A stretch of DNA of 64,000 nt from Candidatus Thorarchaeota archaeon (GCA_019057475.1 DXJO01000046.1:91908-155907), one strand, 5' to 3'. Counted from the stretch's first letter, positions 20,437-31,095 are shown. Program-made: numbers and translations. The notes: generated from the letters alone by a model not told the origin.

Positions 20437-21084
20437 TCACTTCCGTAATCCACGCAGTCGCTCCAGAATAGCATCCCATTTGAGCACAACAACATTCCGT
20501 AATCCACGCAGTCGCTCCAGAACAGCATCCCGTTTGAACACAACAACAATTAAGATGCATCCAATGAGTACCGCAGCTGTGATGCCATAAACCACACCTA
20601 GTGGTAAACCAAGTGCCGGTTGGTCGGTACCAGTTGAAGTTGTTGGTGTTGTGGTTGTTGTGGTTGTTGTGGTTGTTGTGGTTGTTGTGGTTGTTGTGGT
20701 TGTTGTTTCCGAAATCACAATCCAACTTGCTAGAAACTGTCCTTTACTGCATGTGGCAACCAAAGTTAGGTTATCATCATGTGATGCTTGAACGTCAAAT
20801 GTATCGTACATCCCATATTTGTGCGTTTGATTCTCATAAGTCCGGTTTAGATAGGAAACATCATTCTTCATTATTTCAATGAGCTCAATGTAATGGGTCT
20901 TAACGTTTGCCACGAAGTGTGTGACGTTGGCTTTGAGAATCTGTGCATCATAGTCATACTCAAGAGAGATATCAGAAGGGGGTGAAGCCGCAATAGGCTC
21001 TGTTTGGTGCAGAACAAACAACAACATTATCAGTAGTATGATTGCTGTCCGACTGATTTCTTTGCAGGAGTTCATTGTTTTCAC
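20437..21084 (-). CDS. Secreted, membrane-anchored protein with a poly-Thr linker
   Basis: Signal peptide, small domain, ~20 consecutive Thr, TM helix and duplicated cytoplasmic tail. Confidence 0.7.
   Translation of the reverse strand: MKTMNSCKEISRTAIILLIMLLFVLHQTEPIAASPPSDISLEYDYDAQILKANVTHFVANVKTHYIELIEIMKNDVSYLNRTYENQTHKYGMYDTFDVQASHDDNLTLVATCSKGQFLASWIVISETTTTTTTTTTTTTTTTTTTTPTTSTGTDQPALGLPLGVVYGITAAVLIGCILIVVVFKRDAVLERLRGLRNVVVLKWDAILERLRGLRK
20441..20548. repeat. 54-bp tandem duplication in the cytoplasmic tail
   Basis: TTCCGTAATCCACGCAGTCGCTCCAGAA.AGCATCCC starts at 20441 and 20495; protein reads DAVLERLRGLR / DAILERLRGLR. Confidence 0.85.
20648..20706. repeat. (GTTGTGGTT)n microsatellite encoding poly-Thr
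   Basis: 9-bp unit repeated about 6 times. Confidence 0.9.
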
Positions 21085-21293
21085 AAATTATCGTTGGAGA
21101 TGCAACATAAAAAACAATTGCAGATGGTGTTAGCATTAGACTAATCGTCTACTCAATCTCAGATTTCATCGTCAAGGACTTGAAGTGGAAACGCTAAGCT
21201 ATTCTCCAACACAAAGAGAGGCTACAGATATAGGAACGATTTGATATGAATTAGATATGTGGTGCCTAATGCCTTCAACCCAGTTTCAATCGC

Positions 21294-21314
21294 CAAGAGA
21301 AGCAGAAGTAGTTC
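21294..21314 (+). repeat. R5, core-only copy
   Basis: CAAGAGAAGCAGAAGTAGTTC, 21 nt identical to 10164-10184. Confidence 0.8.
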
Positions 21315-21364
21315 GAAAATGAGAAAGGGGACTCATAAATACTGCATGGTTTTTTTAGATGATG

Positions 21365-21480
21365 ATAGTCATGGCTCGGGAAATTTTCGATCCTGAGAAT
21401 CTGCCCTACAGACAAGAGAGGCAGATGTAGATTCAATCATCAGCTTGAGAGAGGCTCGTCCTCTCTCCCTCACTCTTTTT
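21365..21480 (+). repeat. R6 copy (IVMAREIFDPENLPYRQERQM*) plus hairpin
   Basis: ATAGTCATGGCTCGGGAAATTTTCGATCCTGAGAAT...GAGAGAGGctcgtCCTCTCTC. Confidence 0.92.
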
Positions 21481-21530
21481 CATGTGCCTGTTATGAGAGA
21501 GGTGCTGTCCAGATGTTTCTCTAGACCTCT

Positions 21531-24500
21531 CTAATCCTTTTTGTCGATATGGATGGTGATGTTTCCTCCTTGAAGGAAGCCATATGGGTCGAAGCCTGCC
21601 TCATGCCAGACTAGGCCGTTCTTGTCCAGGACACGTATCTGGAACACATCGACTCCTCCATCTTTGTCGTCGTCCCAGACATCAACTCTGAGCTGGTAGT
21701 TGCCCGAGCCCCAGAGTAGTTCACCAGTTTCTGAGTTATACTGCTGTACAACACATTTTGCCTCGAAGAAGGAGTGGTTGCCAACAATTGCCATTCCAAG
21801 CCATGCAGTGCTCTTGATGATGTATTCCCATTCACCACTTCTGTATACATAGATTAGCTGACCTCTAGGAAGACCATTCTTCTTATACTTCACATTGAAC
21901 CCGAAGTTGCCTTTGCTGCCGCTAGGATCCCAGATCCATCCACCACCTGTCACGAAGTCACCTGTGGGCTCATAGACTGTAATGATGACCAGATCTGAGT
22001 CAGGACCCTGGTAGTAGCTGTTGTCTTCTGATCTGAAACTAATCTGCACCACGTAACCATTCTCGCTCAGATTGGGAATCTCCACTATTGCTACTCCTAC
22101 TCCCTCGACGTTCGTGACCTCGACCATGTACGGACCTTCTACTACGATAGGGTTCGCGAGGTCTAAAGGCACTGAGTAGATAGTGAATGTGACATATATC
22201 CTCGTGAGGTCGCCCCAGTAACCGTCTGCGTCATCAAAGACCGTCGCTCTTAGAGTGATCGTGTCAACAGTCGTTGGCACTACCGTTGAGCCTGTGTATT
22301 GCGCATAGGCATATTCCTTCTCTATGATGAACTCGAGAGTTTCAGATGAGGACAGATACTCTTCATCTTCCTCAAACGTTGCTGAAACAGTGTAGACTCC
22401 TCCCGGCTGGTTGAGAATAATCGTGACACTCGCAACACCATCAGAGCCAGTTAATTTGGAATCAGTCTGGCCACCAATAGTGAAGACGATTGTCTTACCT
22501 GGGATTGGCAATTGCGTCGCAATATCGACTAGACTTGCCTCAAGGTAGACTAGGTCAGAGTAGTTACCAGTAACCTCACCGGTATAGGTAATCTCTGACG
22601 CGTTGACACATATCCAGACGGCCTGTTCAGTTTCCACGTTGCTGGCATTATCGACGCTACGATAGTAGATAGTGTGAAGTCCTATGCTATCCACGTTGAA
22701 TGGTCCGCCATAGACTTCCCAGGTACCTGTGTCTATCCGATATTCTGTCCTTTCTACTCCTGAAACGGGGTCTGCAGAATCTAACACGAAGTCAGTGGCA
22801 GTGGAAACATAGGTTGGGTCCGACCCGTAACGCGGAAGTTGAATTGTTAGGGTTGTAATTGGGTTTATCTGGTCAAGCTGGAAGTACAATGTATTGGCTG
22901 CTTCGATGTTGCCAGCGTTGTCTACCGACCAGTATTCCACCTTATAGGTGTCATCGAGGGAGAACAGAACTGGAGAATCATACACAGCTGCAGCTCCGTC
23001 GTTCACCATGTAGTAGGTCTGCCAGACACCTGACATTGAGTCATCGGCGGTCATGTATAGAGTCACAGGACTGACATACCAGCCATTTAGACCATTAGGT
23101 GATGCGGGTCCAAGAGTAGCTACGGTGGTTGGGTCTTCTGTGTCTATCTTGAAGTCTGTAGATTTCACCAGCTCTGTGTTGCCAAGGTTGTCAACAGACC
23201 AGTACTTGACAGTGTGGTATCCGTTCTCTGTGAATGGAAACGAGCCTTCGAAGGGCAATGTAGGGCCTGAATCAAGGATGTAGTAGATGCTGGAAGTACC
23301 GCTCCCATCACCGTCATCGGAAGTGAAACTGATCTCAACAGATGTGACAAACCAGTCGTTTGTGCCAGACACTCCTGTAAGGCTCAAGATGGTCTGAGAC
23401 GAAGTATTGTCCAGATAGAGGGTGCAACTCCTTTCCGGCTCTGCATTCCCTGCATGGTCTACCGAGTAGTAGTCGATTGTGTGGGTTCCATCATCTCCTA
23501 GTAAGTAGAAGGGAGAATACTCTACCCAAGCACCACCATCAATGCGGTAATATGTGAACTGGACATCTGATATCGAATCAGATGCGACTAACGTTAGTGT
23601 AGAGCTCGATGTGACATACGTGAGCACATCCTCATAGTAAGGTAGTCCAACGATGATTTCAGTAGACGGAGGAGTCGTATCAATCACCGTGATGGTGACT
23701 GTGACCACATTACTGTCTAGACCCCCATCGTTAGCGTGGTAAGTGAACTCGTCAACACCCGCGAACCCTACATCAGGGACATAGGTGAAGGATCCATCGC
23801 TGGATAGTGTCAATGTACCAAACGATGGAAGCGTATCTAGTATTGAGGTGAGTGCATCACCCTCAATGTCAGTATCATTTAGTAAAACCCCTCTGGCTTC
23901 AATAGAAAGGACTGTTCCTCCCTCCATGACATAGCTATCACTCACAGCCACGGGTGCATCGTTCACGGGATTCACTGTGATATATATCCGGGCGCCCGAT
24001 GACTGTGCATACAACGAGTCAATGATCGCGTACTGCATTGACATGCTCGACCCATGCCAGTTCGGATTTGGAGTGTACCTTATCACATTGCGATACACAC
24101 CGGGTTCTACTTCGAATAATATCATTACCAACTGACCATGAATCTCGTATCGGTTCCACGAAAACCACTTCCAATCAAAAGCGTTCCCGTCCACATCATA
24201 GTCGTTCGCCATGAAATCTATAATGACCGGGGTGTCCTCGTCTGTTTCCACATAGTCATCCACTGCCACAGGTGCATCATTCACTGGATTGACGGTGATG
24301 ATCACTGCAGCTACATTGCCATCGAGGTTTCCATCACTGACTCGATATGTAAACGAATCCTCACCATTGAAATTCAGATTTGGAGTATACGTAAATGAAC
24401 CATCCGGATTCAACGTGAGCACGCCATTAGCTGGCCCATATTCCAACACTGCTTGAAGTAGATCTCCATCAATATCAGTATCATTGGCGAGGAGACCTGT

Positions 24501-27500
24501 CGTTACATAAACCTGAAGGAGAGTGTCTTCATCTGTGACATATGCATCATCTTCTGCCACCGGAGCGTCATTCACAGGAATCACTGTAATCGTCACTGTA
24601 GCTACATTGCTATCGAGGTTTCCATCACTGACTCGATATGTAAACGAATCCTCACCATTGAAGTTCGAATTCGGAGTATATGTGAACGACCCATCCGGAT
24701 TCAATGTCAATGATCCATGTGAAGGTCCCGACACAAGCTGGACGGTCAGTGGGTCTCCATCACCATCAGTATCATTGGCGAGGACACCTGTTGCCGAGTC
24801 AACCTGAAGGAAATTGTCCTCGTCTATGGCATAAGCATCATCCAAAGCCACTGGTACATCAGGAACTGAGTTCACGGTGATGTAGATATGAGCAGCTGAC
24901 GAATATGCACCCAAGGAGTCAATGATACCGTACTCCACAGACGTGCTCGTCCCATGCCAGTTCGGATCTGGAGTGTACTTCAATGCCGTTCGATACACAC
25001 CGGGCTCTACCTCGATTGAAACCCAATCAAACCAACCATGAATCTCGTCCGGGAGCCATGAGAACCACATCCAATCAAAGGAATCGCCTTCTATGTCATA
25101 GTCATTAGCCATGAAATCAATGATGACCGGGGTGTCTTCATCTGTCACTACATAGTCGTCTACAGCCACAGGTGCATCGTTCACCGAGTTCACTGTGATG
25201 ATCACTGTTGCAGTATCAGAGAGTATCCCATCCGACACTTCATAGACGAACGAGTCCTCATCAAACCAGTTGGGGTCCGGGGTATAGGTGAACGAACCAT
25301 CCGCATTGAACACCAATGAGCCATGAGAGGGTCCTGTCACAAGCACAGCAGTGAGGGCGTCTCCTTCAACATCAGTATCATTAGCGAGGAGACCTGTCGT
25401 TACATAAACCTGAAGGAAAGTGTCTTCATCTGTGACATATGCATCATCTTCTGCCATAGGTGCATCGTTCACCGAGTTCACCGTGATGGTCACTGTGGCA
25501 GTATCAGTTAGCGTCCCATCCGATACCTCGTACGTGAAAGAGTCCTCGCCATTAAAGTCTAGGTCCGGTACGTATACAAAGTTTCCCTCGCTGACACCTG
25601 TTGGCAATAAAACGCCATGGAGAGGTATCGTCAATAACACCATACTCAGGGAATCCCCGTCAATATCAGAATCGTTCAGTAGGATATCGATCACAAACAA
25701 CTTGTCCTCAAGCGTCGTATAGAAGTCATCCACAGCTACCGGGGCATCATTCACCGGATTCACGGTGATGGTCACCGTGGCTACATTGCTATCGAGCTCT
25801 CCATCACTGACACGATATGTGAACGAGTCTGCTCCATTGAAGTTCAGATTTGGAGCGTATATGAACGACCCATCAGCATTCAATGTGATTGCCCCCTCGG
25901 AAGGCCCAGACACAAGTATGGCCACGAGTGAATCTGAGTCTACGTCCGAGTCATTGTACAACACCCCTGCCAATGCGCCACCAGTAATGAACGGAGCGTC
26001 TTCATCTGTGATATACCTGTCATCCACTGCCACTGGCGCATCATTCACCGAGTTCACGATAATCGTCACCGTTGCAGTATCAGTTAGTGTCCCATCCGAC
26101 ACCTCATACGTGAACGAATCCTCACCATTGAAGTCTGGGTCCGGTACGTATACAAAGTCTCCCTCACTGGCACCGGTTGGCAATAAGACGCCATGTTGAG
26201 GCGTTGTCAACAACACCACACTCAGTAAATCCCCGTCTACATCATCATCGTTCGTCAAGAAGTTGATCACAAACGGGAGGTCCTCAAGTGTCGTATAGAA
26301 GTCATCTACAGCTACTGGTGCATCGTTCACCGGATTCACGGTGATGTATATCGTTGCCTGATACATACCTATGGTACCATCCGTGATTACGTATCTCAGC
26401 GTCGAGGTTGACCCGTACCAGTTGGGATCCGGCGTATACCTGAAGGCTTCTCGGTACACTCCGGGCTCAACCTCAAAAATGCCCCATGTAATCGTGCCAT
26501 GGAGCTCGTTTGGATTGTATTGCCACACTATCAGACGGATAGAATCGCCATCAACATCGTAGTCATTGGCCAAATAGTCAATGATGACTGAAGTGTCTTC
26601 GTCCGTTTCGACATAGTCATCCACAGGCATAGCATAATCGTTCACCGAGTTCACCGTGATGGTTACAGTAGCATTATCAGACAGGGTTCCATCTGACACC
26701 TCATAGACGAACGAGTCCTCACCAAACCAGTTGAGGTCCGGCGTATAGGTAAACGACCCATCCGGATTCAATGTCAACACACCATATGAGGGTTCTGTCA
26801 CAAGCACAGCAGTGAGTGTGTCCAAGTCAGCATCAACATCGTTAGTCAAGACCCCCGGTAGCTCAACAATAAGTGGAACGTCTTCATCTGTGATATAGGC
26901 ATCATCCGTAGCGACTGGTGCTTGGTTTACACTGAGAGTAAAGACTCCACTCAGAACACCGCCACCCCTGACTGTGACTTCCAGTGGGTAGTCCCCCGCG
27001 GAGAGATGTACAATGTTAGTCACAACCCCCTGGCTGTCAACAGAGAATTGTGCAGTGTTATTAATGGTCCATTCATGATCTTCCCAGTACGAGTAGTCGA
27101 TATTCAGGTCATAACTGAGGTCTTCACCGAGATTGATTGTCTGATCTGAAGGCGTCGGTGTCCAGCTCATTCCAAACTCTGGAGCAGGGTCTTGGTTGGA
27201 ACTCGTACCGGGGATGAGATGCGGTATGTCACCGACACCATCATGATTCACGTCGGTCCCGTCGTAGCTCCAGTACAGGTTTCCTACAAAGACATTGTAT
27301 AAGCCATCGTCATAGGCGTCTGCGAGCTCACCTCTTATGGCGTTGTCGCGGATGGTGAAATCGCGAGTCACACTACCTGCGCCCTCAGCCAGATAGATGC
27401 CGTAGTCACTATGCAGTATAATATTGTCTTGAATCGGCATCCCTGGGTCACCGCTGCAAAGCTCCAGCAGAATGCCGCAACCGTGATTCGAGGAGAGCGT

Positions 27501-30500
27501 ATTCCCTTGTATGATAACATCTTCAACATTATAGAGATGGATCGCGTGCCCTTCGTTATCTAGGATTATGTTCGAGTTCATGTCAACGCCCATCGTCATT
27601 GGCCCTTCTACATAGACACCGATTTCATTGCCATCAAATTCATTCATGTAGATTCCAGCACCTGCCATGGACTGATATATCCCATAATCATTCTCGTAGA
27701 AACCATTCTCAATGATGTTGGTGTAGCCTGGTGTGTATTGGTTTAGAGCGTATATGCCAAAATGGTTGTCAAAGAAAGTGTTCCTTTCTAATTCGGGACT
27801 TGTCTGAATTTCTTCTAGGTAGACTCCAGACTCAGCGCCTGTCAGATAGCAGTTGCGAATCGCAAAGTGAGTAGAATCGATATTCTTAACGCTGATGCAA
27901 TAGGGACCATCCGCACCGTGTATTCTCAAATTATCGATGATGTAAGGAAGATTGTAGGTGCCATCCCCAGACCACCCCATGGCTTGTGACTTTGCTATGA
28001 GAGCGACATCACCATCAATTGCAATAGGTACATCGTACGGGTCTGGCCCCACTCTGACATAGAATGGTTCTGTCAAGACTCCGCCACCTCTGACTGAAAC
28101 CTCCAAGTAATAGTTCCTCACAGAAAGTGATGCTACGTTGGTCACAATACCTTCATTATCAATCGAGAAATAGGGTGTGCTACTGATTGACCATTCATAG
28201 TCTGTCCAGTCATACCCAAAGTACCGTAAATAGTCAAAGGTCACTTCAATGTCCAGGCCATACTCAAATCGCTGGTTAACATCCACTATTTGATCCGTTG
28301 GAGGATTGGCCCATCTCAGTCCCATATGGGGAGCCAAGTCTTGATTTCCCGCGATTCCTGCTATGGGGTGTGCTGTGTCACCGATATCGTCGTAGTCTGC
28401 ATCAGTTCCAAGGTAGCTCCAGTACACGTTCCCTTCAAAGACATTGCTGGATCCGTTGTCAACGGCGTCCGCGAGCTCACCCCTAAACACGTTATCAGTA
28501 ATCACAAAGCCACCTGAGTTCTGAGTCAGATAGATTCCATATTGGCTATGCAGTTTGTTGCCTTGAATTGTATTCATTGAATTCCCGGAGCTATCCTCCA
28601 GCAGTATACCGCACCCACCCTCTGAAACTATATTGTTCCCTGTAATTCGCACGTTCAAAACATGATAGAGATGGATAGCGTGATATCGGTTCTCTGAGAA
28701 GATGTTTAGATCCATATCTACACCCATCGCCATTTGCCCGTCTACATAGACACCGATTTCATTGCCATCAAATTCATTCATGTAGATTCCAGCACCTGCC
28801 ATGGACTGATATATAGCATAGACATTATCGCGGAATTCATTTTGCACAATGTAAGTGTAGCCATGAGTGGCTACGTCTTCAGCGTATATCCCATAATCAT
28901 TTAGAAGAAACGTACTTCCTTCCACGGTATTGGAGGTTTCCACACCCACTAGATAGACTCCGTACACGCCGCTTGTAAGATAGCAGTTGCGAATGACAAA
29001 CTCTGTGGAAACAAGGTTCTTGATACTGATACAGTACCCATCTAGTCCCCTAGGAATCCAGTAGTTTTCGATTACGTAAGGATAGCTGTGTGAGCCGTCA
29101 CCGGACCACCCCTCCTGTTGTGCTTGTGCTACAAAATCAGCATCGCCATCAATAGATATTACCAGATGATAGCCACTCAGACGGGTCAATGGATAAAGGT
29201 CTTCAAAACCTTCGCCCACGTATGGGGTGTCTCCGATGCCATCATTGTCCGCATCAACTCCGCCATAGTCCGACCAGAGATTAGATGAAATGAACTTATC
29301 ACCCTGTGTCGCATATACCTGTGCATTCACCCCGTTATACAGTAGAGCATTATAGACGACCTCAATGTCTAAGTTGCTGTCCAGATCGAAACCACCTCCG
29401 TTATTCATTAGGCCGTTATTGCCAACACTGGTACGCACGGCAATGGTAACTCTTATTCCCCAATCACCGCATCCAAATATCTCGTTGTTCATGACAATTG
29501 TGTCAGTAGAGATGTTTATACTTAGACCATCACCATATTGGATATCGAAAATCTCATTGCTGCTCACTGTTGTACGTAGGCAGTAGGTAATGTCGATCCC
29601 AACACCCGAGTAGATATGTGAAATCGTATTCCCATCGATTACAGTATCACTTGAATCAGTGATGATAATCCCACCACCCGAGTAGATATGTGAAATCGTA
29701 TTCCCATCGATTACAGTATCACTTGAATCAGTGATGATAATCCCGGTGTCATAACCGTTGGTAATAACATTGCGAGTGATTGTGTTGCTAATTGGGTAGA
29801 GAAGTATATTGGCGACTGGGTCTTCCCACGGGGAGATCGAGATGCCAGTCCAACACTCATGGATTAGGTTATCGTCTACGGTATTGTATGAGGAACCGAA
29901 AAGCTCGATGCGTCCATCGGAGAGTGTGTTCCCAATGATTGTGTTGCTGGAGGACCCAAAAAGAGTGATAATGCCCGGAATACCCAGATTCCCGTCAATT
30001 GTGTTGTATGAGGAGCTATAGAGAAGAATCTCCAACCCAGGCTTGCCCGTGTTGCCATGTATCGCATTATATGAAGAACCAAAAAGGCCAATTCCCATAC
30101 CACAGTCGATGAAATTGTTGCCGCTTATCATGCTGTAACTTGACCCATGGTAGTGAGGATCGTTTCCTCCTGTATTACCCAGTCCAATACCGTAATTGCT
30201 GTATATGATGAGGTTGTCTGCTAGATATCCGTTCATGACATCCACAAGGTGAATGCCACTGGCAAAACCGAGCGTGGGTTCATGTTCCATGCCTTGAGCA
30301 CCGGTCAACCGGCAGTTTATGATTCTGAAATGGACTTGAGTACCGAAGATGAAAATGGAGCTTCCCTCTAAACCAGTACTGTCAATCTCCAGCCTTTCGA
30401 TAATGTATGGATTATTCTGTGTTCCATCGCCTGGCCAACCTTCAGCCTGAGCCATCGCTGCGAACTCACTGTCGCCATGGATTTTGATGGGGTCATGCGG

Positions 30501-30674
30501 CGAGTAGGAAGCTACAGACATGGTGTCCAGTTCTGGATCTGAAACAGTCGCTCTTGGAGATTGAATCATTCCATCAACATCTCTAACAGGGGTAGCAACA
30601 GGTGCCGGCCCTATCAAGAACAGTATGAAACCTATTGATACAACAAGAATACAGACTCGACCCTTCCTTCGCAT
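21531..30674 (-). CDS. Giant (~3050 aa) secreted adhesin-like protein: NosD beta-helices, 11 cadherin-like (tandem-95/Big_9) repeats, about 4 OmpL47-type repeats and a C-terminal VTGGGWI domain
   Basis: Signal peptide from MRRKGR; NDAPVAVDD...DED...DGSFTYTP..NFNGEDSFTY repeats; YYSVD.AGN.E repeats; FVTGGGWI..KGNFGFNVKY. Confidence 0.88.
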   Translation of the reverse strand: MRRKGRVCILVVSIGFILFLIGPAPVATPVRDVDGMIQSPRATVSDPELDTMSVASYSPHDPIKIHGDSEFAAMAQAEGWPGDGTQNNPYIIERLEIDSTGLEGSSIFIFGTQVHFRIINCRLTGAQGMEHEPTLGFASGIHLVDVMNGYLADNLIIYSNYGIGLGNTGGNDPHYHGSSYSMISGNNFIDCGMGIGLFGSSYNAIHGNTGKPGLEILLYSSSYNTIDGNLGIPGIITLFGSSSNTIIGNTLSDGRIELFGSSYNTVDDNLIHECWTGISISPWEDPVANILLYPISNTITRNVITNGYDTGIIITDSSDTVIDGNTISHIYSGGGIIITDSSDTVIDGNTISHIYSGVGIDITYCLRTTVSSNEIFDIQYGDGLSINISTDTIVMNNEIFGCGDWGIRVTIAVRTSVGNNGLMNNGGGFDLDSNLDIEVVYNALLYNGVNAQVYATQGDKFISSNLWSDYGGVDADNDGIGDTPYVGEGFEDLYPLTRLSGYHLVISIDGDADFVAQAQQEGWSGDGSHSYPYVIENYWIPRGLDGYCISIKNLVSTEFVIRNCYLTSGVYGVYLVGVETSNTVEGSTFLLNDYGIYAEDVATHGYTYIVQNEFRDNVYAIYQSMAGAGIYMNEFDGNEIGVYVDGQMAMGVDMDLNIFSENRYHAIHLYHVLNVRITGNNIVSEGGCGILLEDSSGNSMNTIQGNKLHSQYGIYLTQNSGGFVITDNVFRGELADAVDNGSSNVFEGNVYWSYLGTDADYDDIGDTAHPIAGIAGNQDLAPHMGLRWANPPTDQIVDVNQRFEYGLDIEVTFDYLRYFGYDWTDYEWSISSTPYFSIDNEGIVTNVASLSVRNYYLEVSVRGGGVLTEPFYVRVGPDPYDVPIAIDGDVALIAKSQAMGWSGDGTYNLPYIIDNLRIHGADGPYCISVKNIDSTHFAIRNCYLTGAESGVYLEEIQTSPELERNTFFDNHFGIYALNQYTPGYTNIIENGFYENDYGIYQSMAGAGIYMNEFDGNEIGVYVEGPMTMGVDMNSNIILDNEGHAIHLYNVEDVIIQGNTLSSNHGCGILLELCSGDPGMPIQDNIILHSDYGIYLAEGAGSVTRDFTIRDNAIRGELADAYDDGLYNVFVGNLYWSYDGTDVNHDGVGDIPHLIPGTSSNQDPAPEFGMSWTPTPSDQTINLGEDLSYDLNIDYSYWEDHEWTINNTAQFSVDSQGVVTNIVHLSAGDYPLEVTVRGGGVLSGVFTLSVNQAPVATDDAYITDEDVPLIVELPGVLTNDVDADLDTLTAVLVTEPSYGVLTLNPDGSFTYTPDLNWFGEDSFVYEVSDGTLSDNATVTITVNSVNDYAMPVDDYVETDEDTSVIIDYLANDYDVDGDSIRLIVWQYNPNELHGTITWGIFEVEPGVYREAFRYTPDPNWYGSTSTLRYVITDGTIGMYQATIYITVNPVNDAPVAVDDFYTTLEDLPFVINFLTNDDDVDGDLLSVVLLTTPQHGVLLPTGASEGDFVYVPDPDFNGEDSFTYEVSDGTLTDTATVTIIVNSVNDAPVAVDDRYITDEDAPFITGGALAGVLYNDSDVDSDSLVAILVSGPSEGAITLNADGSFIYAPNLNFNGADSFTYRVSDGELDSNVATVTITVNPVNDAPVAVDDFYTTLEDKLFVIDILLNDSDIDGDSLSMVLLTIPLHGVLLPTGVSEGNFVYVPDLDFNGEDSFTYEVSDGTLTDTATVTITVNSVNDAPMAEDDAYVTDEDTFLQVYVTTGLLANDTDVEGDALTAVLVTGPSHGSLVFNADGSFTYTPDPNWFDEDSFVYEVSDGILSDTATVIITVNSVNDAPVAVDDYVVTDEDTPVIIDFMANDYDIEGDSFDWMWFSWLPDEIHGWFDWVSIEVEPGVYRTALKYTPDPNWHGTSTSVEYGIIDSLGAYSSAAHIYITVNSVPDVPVALDDAYAIDEDNFLQVDSATGVLANDTDGDGDPLTVQLVSGPSHGSLTLNPDGSFTYTPNSNFNGEDSFTYRVSDGNLDSNVATVTITVIPVNDAPVAEDDAYVTDEDTLLQVYVTTGLLANDTDIDGDLLQAVLEYGPANGVLTLNPDGSFTYTPNLNFNGEDSFTYRVSDGNLDGNVAAVIITVNPVNDAPVAVDDYVETDEDTPVIIDFMANDYDVDGNAFDWKWFSWNRYEIHGQLVMILFEVEPGVYRNVIRYTPNPNWHGSSMSMQYAIIDSLYAQSSGARIYITVNPVNDAPVAVSDSYVMEGGTVLSIEARGVLLNDTDIEGDALTSILDTLPSFGTLTLSSDGSFTYVPDVGFAGVDEFTYHANDGGLDSNVVTVTITVIDTTPPSTEIIVGLPYYEDVLTYVTSSSTLTLVASDSISDVQFTYYRIDGGAWVEYSPFYLLGDDGTHTIDYYSVDHAGNAEPERSCTLYLDNTSSQTILSLTGVSGTNDWFVTSVEISFTSDDGDGSGTSSIYYILDSGPTLPFEGSFPFTENGYHTVKYWSVDNLGNTELVKSTDFKIDTEDPTTVATLGPASPNGLNGWYVSPVTLYMTADDSMSGVWQTYYMVNDGAAAVYDSPVLFSLDDTYKVEYWSVDNAGNIEAANTLYFQLDQINPITTLTIQLPRYGSDPTYVSTATDFVLDSADPVSGVERTEYRIDTGTWEVYGGPFNVDSIGLHTIYYRSVDNASNVETEQAVWICVNASEITYTGEVTGNYSDLVYLEASLVDIATQLPIPGKTIVFTIGGQTDSKLTGSDGVASVTIILNQPGGVYTVSATFEEDEEYLSSSETLEFIIEKEYAYAQYTGSTVVPTTVDTITLRATVFDDADGYWGDLTRIYVTFTIYSVPLDLANPIVVEGPYMVEVTNVEGVGVAIVEIPNLSENGYVVQISFRSEDNSYYQGPDSDLVIITVYEPTGDFVTGGGWIWDPSGSKGNFGFNVKYKKNGLPRGQLIYVYRSGEWEYIIKSTAWLGMAIVGNHSFFEAKCVVQQYNSETGELLWGSGNYQLRVDVWDDDKDGGVDVFQIRVLDKNGLVWHEAGFDPYGFLQGGNITIHIDKKD
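29603..29744. repeat. 72-bp-period near-perfect tandem duplication (one beta-helix rung)
   Basis: 70 identical nt at 29603-29672 and 29675-29744; GIIITDSSDTVIDGNTISHIYSG occurs twice. Confidence 0.9.
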
Positions 30675-30855
30675 GGTCAATTTCTCCTCTGCTGCGACGA
30701 ACGCGGTCAAGGTCTGCTCATGCAAGTCGAGAATCAAGTGTCAATGTATTGTTGTTTCCAATCTTCCTCGCAGTACTACGATTACTATGGCTTTGCTTGC
30801 TTATTAACCATTCAACCAAGCGTTTATTGCCCACGGTTGAGCTGATAAGCCGTCT

Positions 30856-30970
30856 GTCGTCACGGCGAGGGAAATCTTCGGTCCTGAGAACCGGCCTTAC
30901 AGACAAGAGAAGCAGAAGTAGTTCTCATTCTAGTTCGAGAGAGGCCAGTCCTCTCTCCATCTCTCTTTCT
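30856..30970 (+). repeat. R7 copy (VVTAREIFGPENRPYRQEKQK*) plus hairpin
   Basis: AGGGAAATCTTCGGTCCTGAGAAC...CAAGAGAAGCAGAAGTAGTTCTCATTCTAGTTCGAGAGAGGccagtCCTCTCTC. Confidence 0.92.
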
Positions 30971-31095
30971 GCACCCATAAACAGAAAAGCTGCTCCTCAT
31001 AGTATTCAGCACCAGAAGAAAGGTAGTCGAGAGAGATCTCTGAAGATGTACCCAAAATCAGTGCCTTAAGACCAAATGGCGTTCTAATTGGAACA

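Noticed and set aside
20408-20882. ORFs with NNH or LLW repeats
   Set aside because: Alternative-frame readings of the poly-Thr microsatellite
21531-30674. Diversity-generating retroelement target
   Set aside because: No reverse transcriptase and no template/variable repeat pair with adenine-specific differences was seen
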